Of a stretch of 64,000 bases of DNA, positions 62,691 to 64,000 are shown piece by piece. Position numbers and translations under genes: made by a program. The notes under the pieces are model-generated. The model searched no databases. It was not told the origin of the DNA and worked only from the letters and a program-made list of their open reading frames with translations. The stretch lies in NCBI GenBank assembly GCA_965113315.1, contig OZ220374.1; one strand, written 5' to 3'. Position 1 is the first letter of the stretch. Every line of letters begins with the position of its first letter. This stretch comes from Podarcis vaucheri (lineage: Eukaryota).

Positions 62691-63386
62691 TAATAATAAT
62701 AATAATAATAATAATAATTTTTTATTTATACCCCGCCCTCCCCAGCCAAGGCCGGGCTCAGAGCGGCTTACAAGCAATAATAAAAACAAGATGAGTGATT
62801 ACAACTTAAAAACAAAAATAAAATACAACATTAAAATAATGGAACATTAAAATATTAAAATGAAGCCTCATTGCAGGAGAAGGAAAAGAAAAAAGAAAAA
62901 GGGGGGCGGAGGGAATCAAATTGGCTCCAATCCAAAGGCCAGGCGGAACAACTCTGTCTTACAGGCCCTGCGGAAAGAAATCAGATCCTGCAGGGCCCTG
63001 GTCTCATGAGACAGAGCGTTCCACCAAGTTGGGGCCAGTGCTGAAAAGGCCCTGGCTCTGGTTGAAGCCAATCTAACTTCCTTAGGGCCTGGGACCACTA
63101 GGGTGTTGTTATTTATGGACCTTGAGGCTCTCCGTGGGGCATACCAGGCGAGGCGGTCCCGTAGGTACGAGGGTCCTAGGCCGTGAAGGGCTTTAAAGGT
63201 CAAAAGCAGCACCTTAAATCTGACCCTGTACTCCACCGGGAGCCAGTGCAGCTTGAAAAGCACTGGATGAATATGCTCCCATGGCAGAGACCCCGTGAGG
63301 AGCCTCGCTGCAGCATTCTGTACCCGCTGGTGTTTCTGGGACAGCTTCAAGGGCAGCCCCGCGTAGAGCGAATTACAGTAGTCAAG
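62691..63386 (-). mobile_element. Young L2 LINE 3' fragment
   Basis: Open LDYCNSLYAGLP...QNAAARLLTG...LHWLPV...RAFSALAPTWWNAL...; (TAA)n tail. Confidence 0.95.
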
Positions 63387-63955
63387 TAATGTGCTTGGAG
63401 CAACTGTCATTGTGCTAAATCTGCTATGAGAGAGTAATGAATCTTTCTTCCAAACTTCTCTCTCCAGCATCAGCAAGCCTCATAACTTTGTTTGCAATAA
63501 GGGGTAAATATTGAGCTATCTTACAGGATTGTTGTAAGGTAACAAATGCAACCTGAAAGTGCAGCAAAATAATGACCGCTAGCCTTGCCTCCATTCCCCC
63601 CCCCTTTCCAAAAGGCAGTCAACATTTGTGTGTTTACAGAGCAAGCTCCATTTTCCTTCAGTGTTTTATGGTGGCAGGGTCGTCGCCCACTTTGATTCCC
63701 ACCCCAAATATCATTACATTTTTTGTTAACTTCCGGAGCATGCCATTACTGCCTTGTCTGTTCATTTGGTTCCGATCCTGTCAGCGCTCCTCACCTAAGT
63801 TCACTATTGTGCATATGAACACCCAAAAGCACTACTTAAGTGCAAAGTATTATAAACGGGTAAGAGCAAAGGTTTAGAGTAATGAAAACATTACCTCACT
63901 GCAACTCTCTCCCACCTCACAGTCATGTCCATGAAATGAACACTGTGATCCTATA

Positions 63956-64000
63956 CAGTGGTACCTCAGGTTAAGTACTTAATTCGTTCCGGAGGTCCGT
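63956..64000. mobile_element. Tigger-like MITE, cut by the window end
   Basis: TA-cagtggtacctcaggttaagtacttaattcgttccggaggtccgt, identical to the start of 37153. Confidence 0.9.

Noticed and set aside
766-63877. Most ORFs in the supplied track
   Set aside because: They are short, have no recognisable domains, often start at non-ATG codons, and often cross microsatellites, the N gap or TEs. This is the pattern expected by chance.

Overview
This is eukaryotic DNA from a squamate reptile, most likely a lacertid lizard (inferred from its Sauria SINEs, Bov-B, young L2, CR1 and Penelope elements). The only host coding sequence I can support is the last coding exon of PTPRN2 (IA-2beta/phogrin) at 2216-2287 (+), which is too short to appear in the ORF track. 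A TE-poor putative 3'UTR follows, with candidate polyA signals at 2706, 4306 and 8454. The rest is intergenic and transposon-rich, with one 144-N assembly gap. It contains Tc1/mariner (Tigger- and Tc2-like), hAT and Harbinger-like MITEs, tRNA-derived SINEs, LINE fragments (L2, CR1, Bov-B, RTE-X), three solo LTRs with 5-bp TSDs, a Penelope-like insertion, many nested insertions, and several TE-free AT-rich islands that may be enhancers. Almost all listed ORFs are chance or TE-derived. The most unusual observations are: (1) a Penelope-like inverted repeat carrying a minimal hammerhead ribozyme on each strand; (2) a solo LTR with a frame that stays open for 210 codons from its second base; (3) a doubly truncated RTE-X reverse transcriptase fragment inside a MITE with both TIRs present; (4) a perfect 47-bp inverted repeat whose copies lie 3.6 kb apart. 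I see no clearly new multi-gene system. Repeat family names come from recognition by eye, not from a database search.
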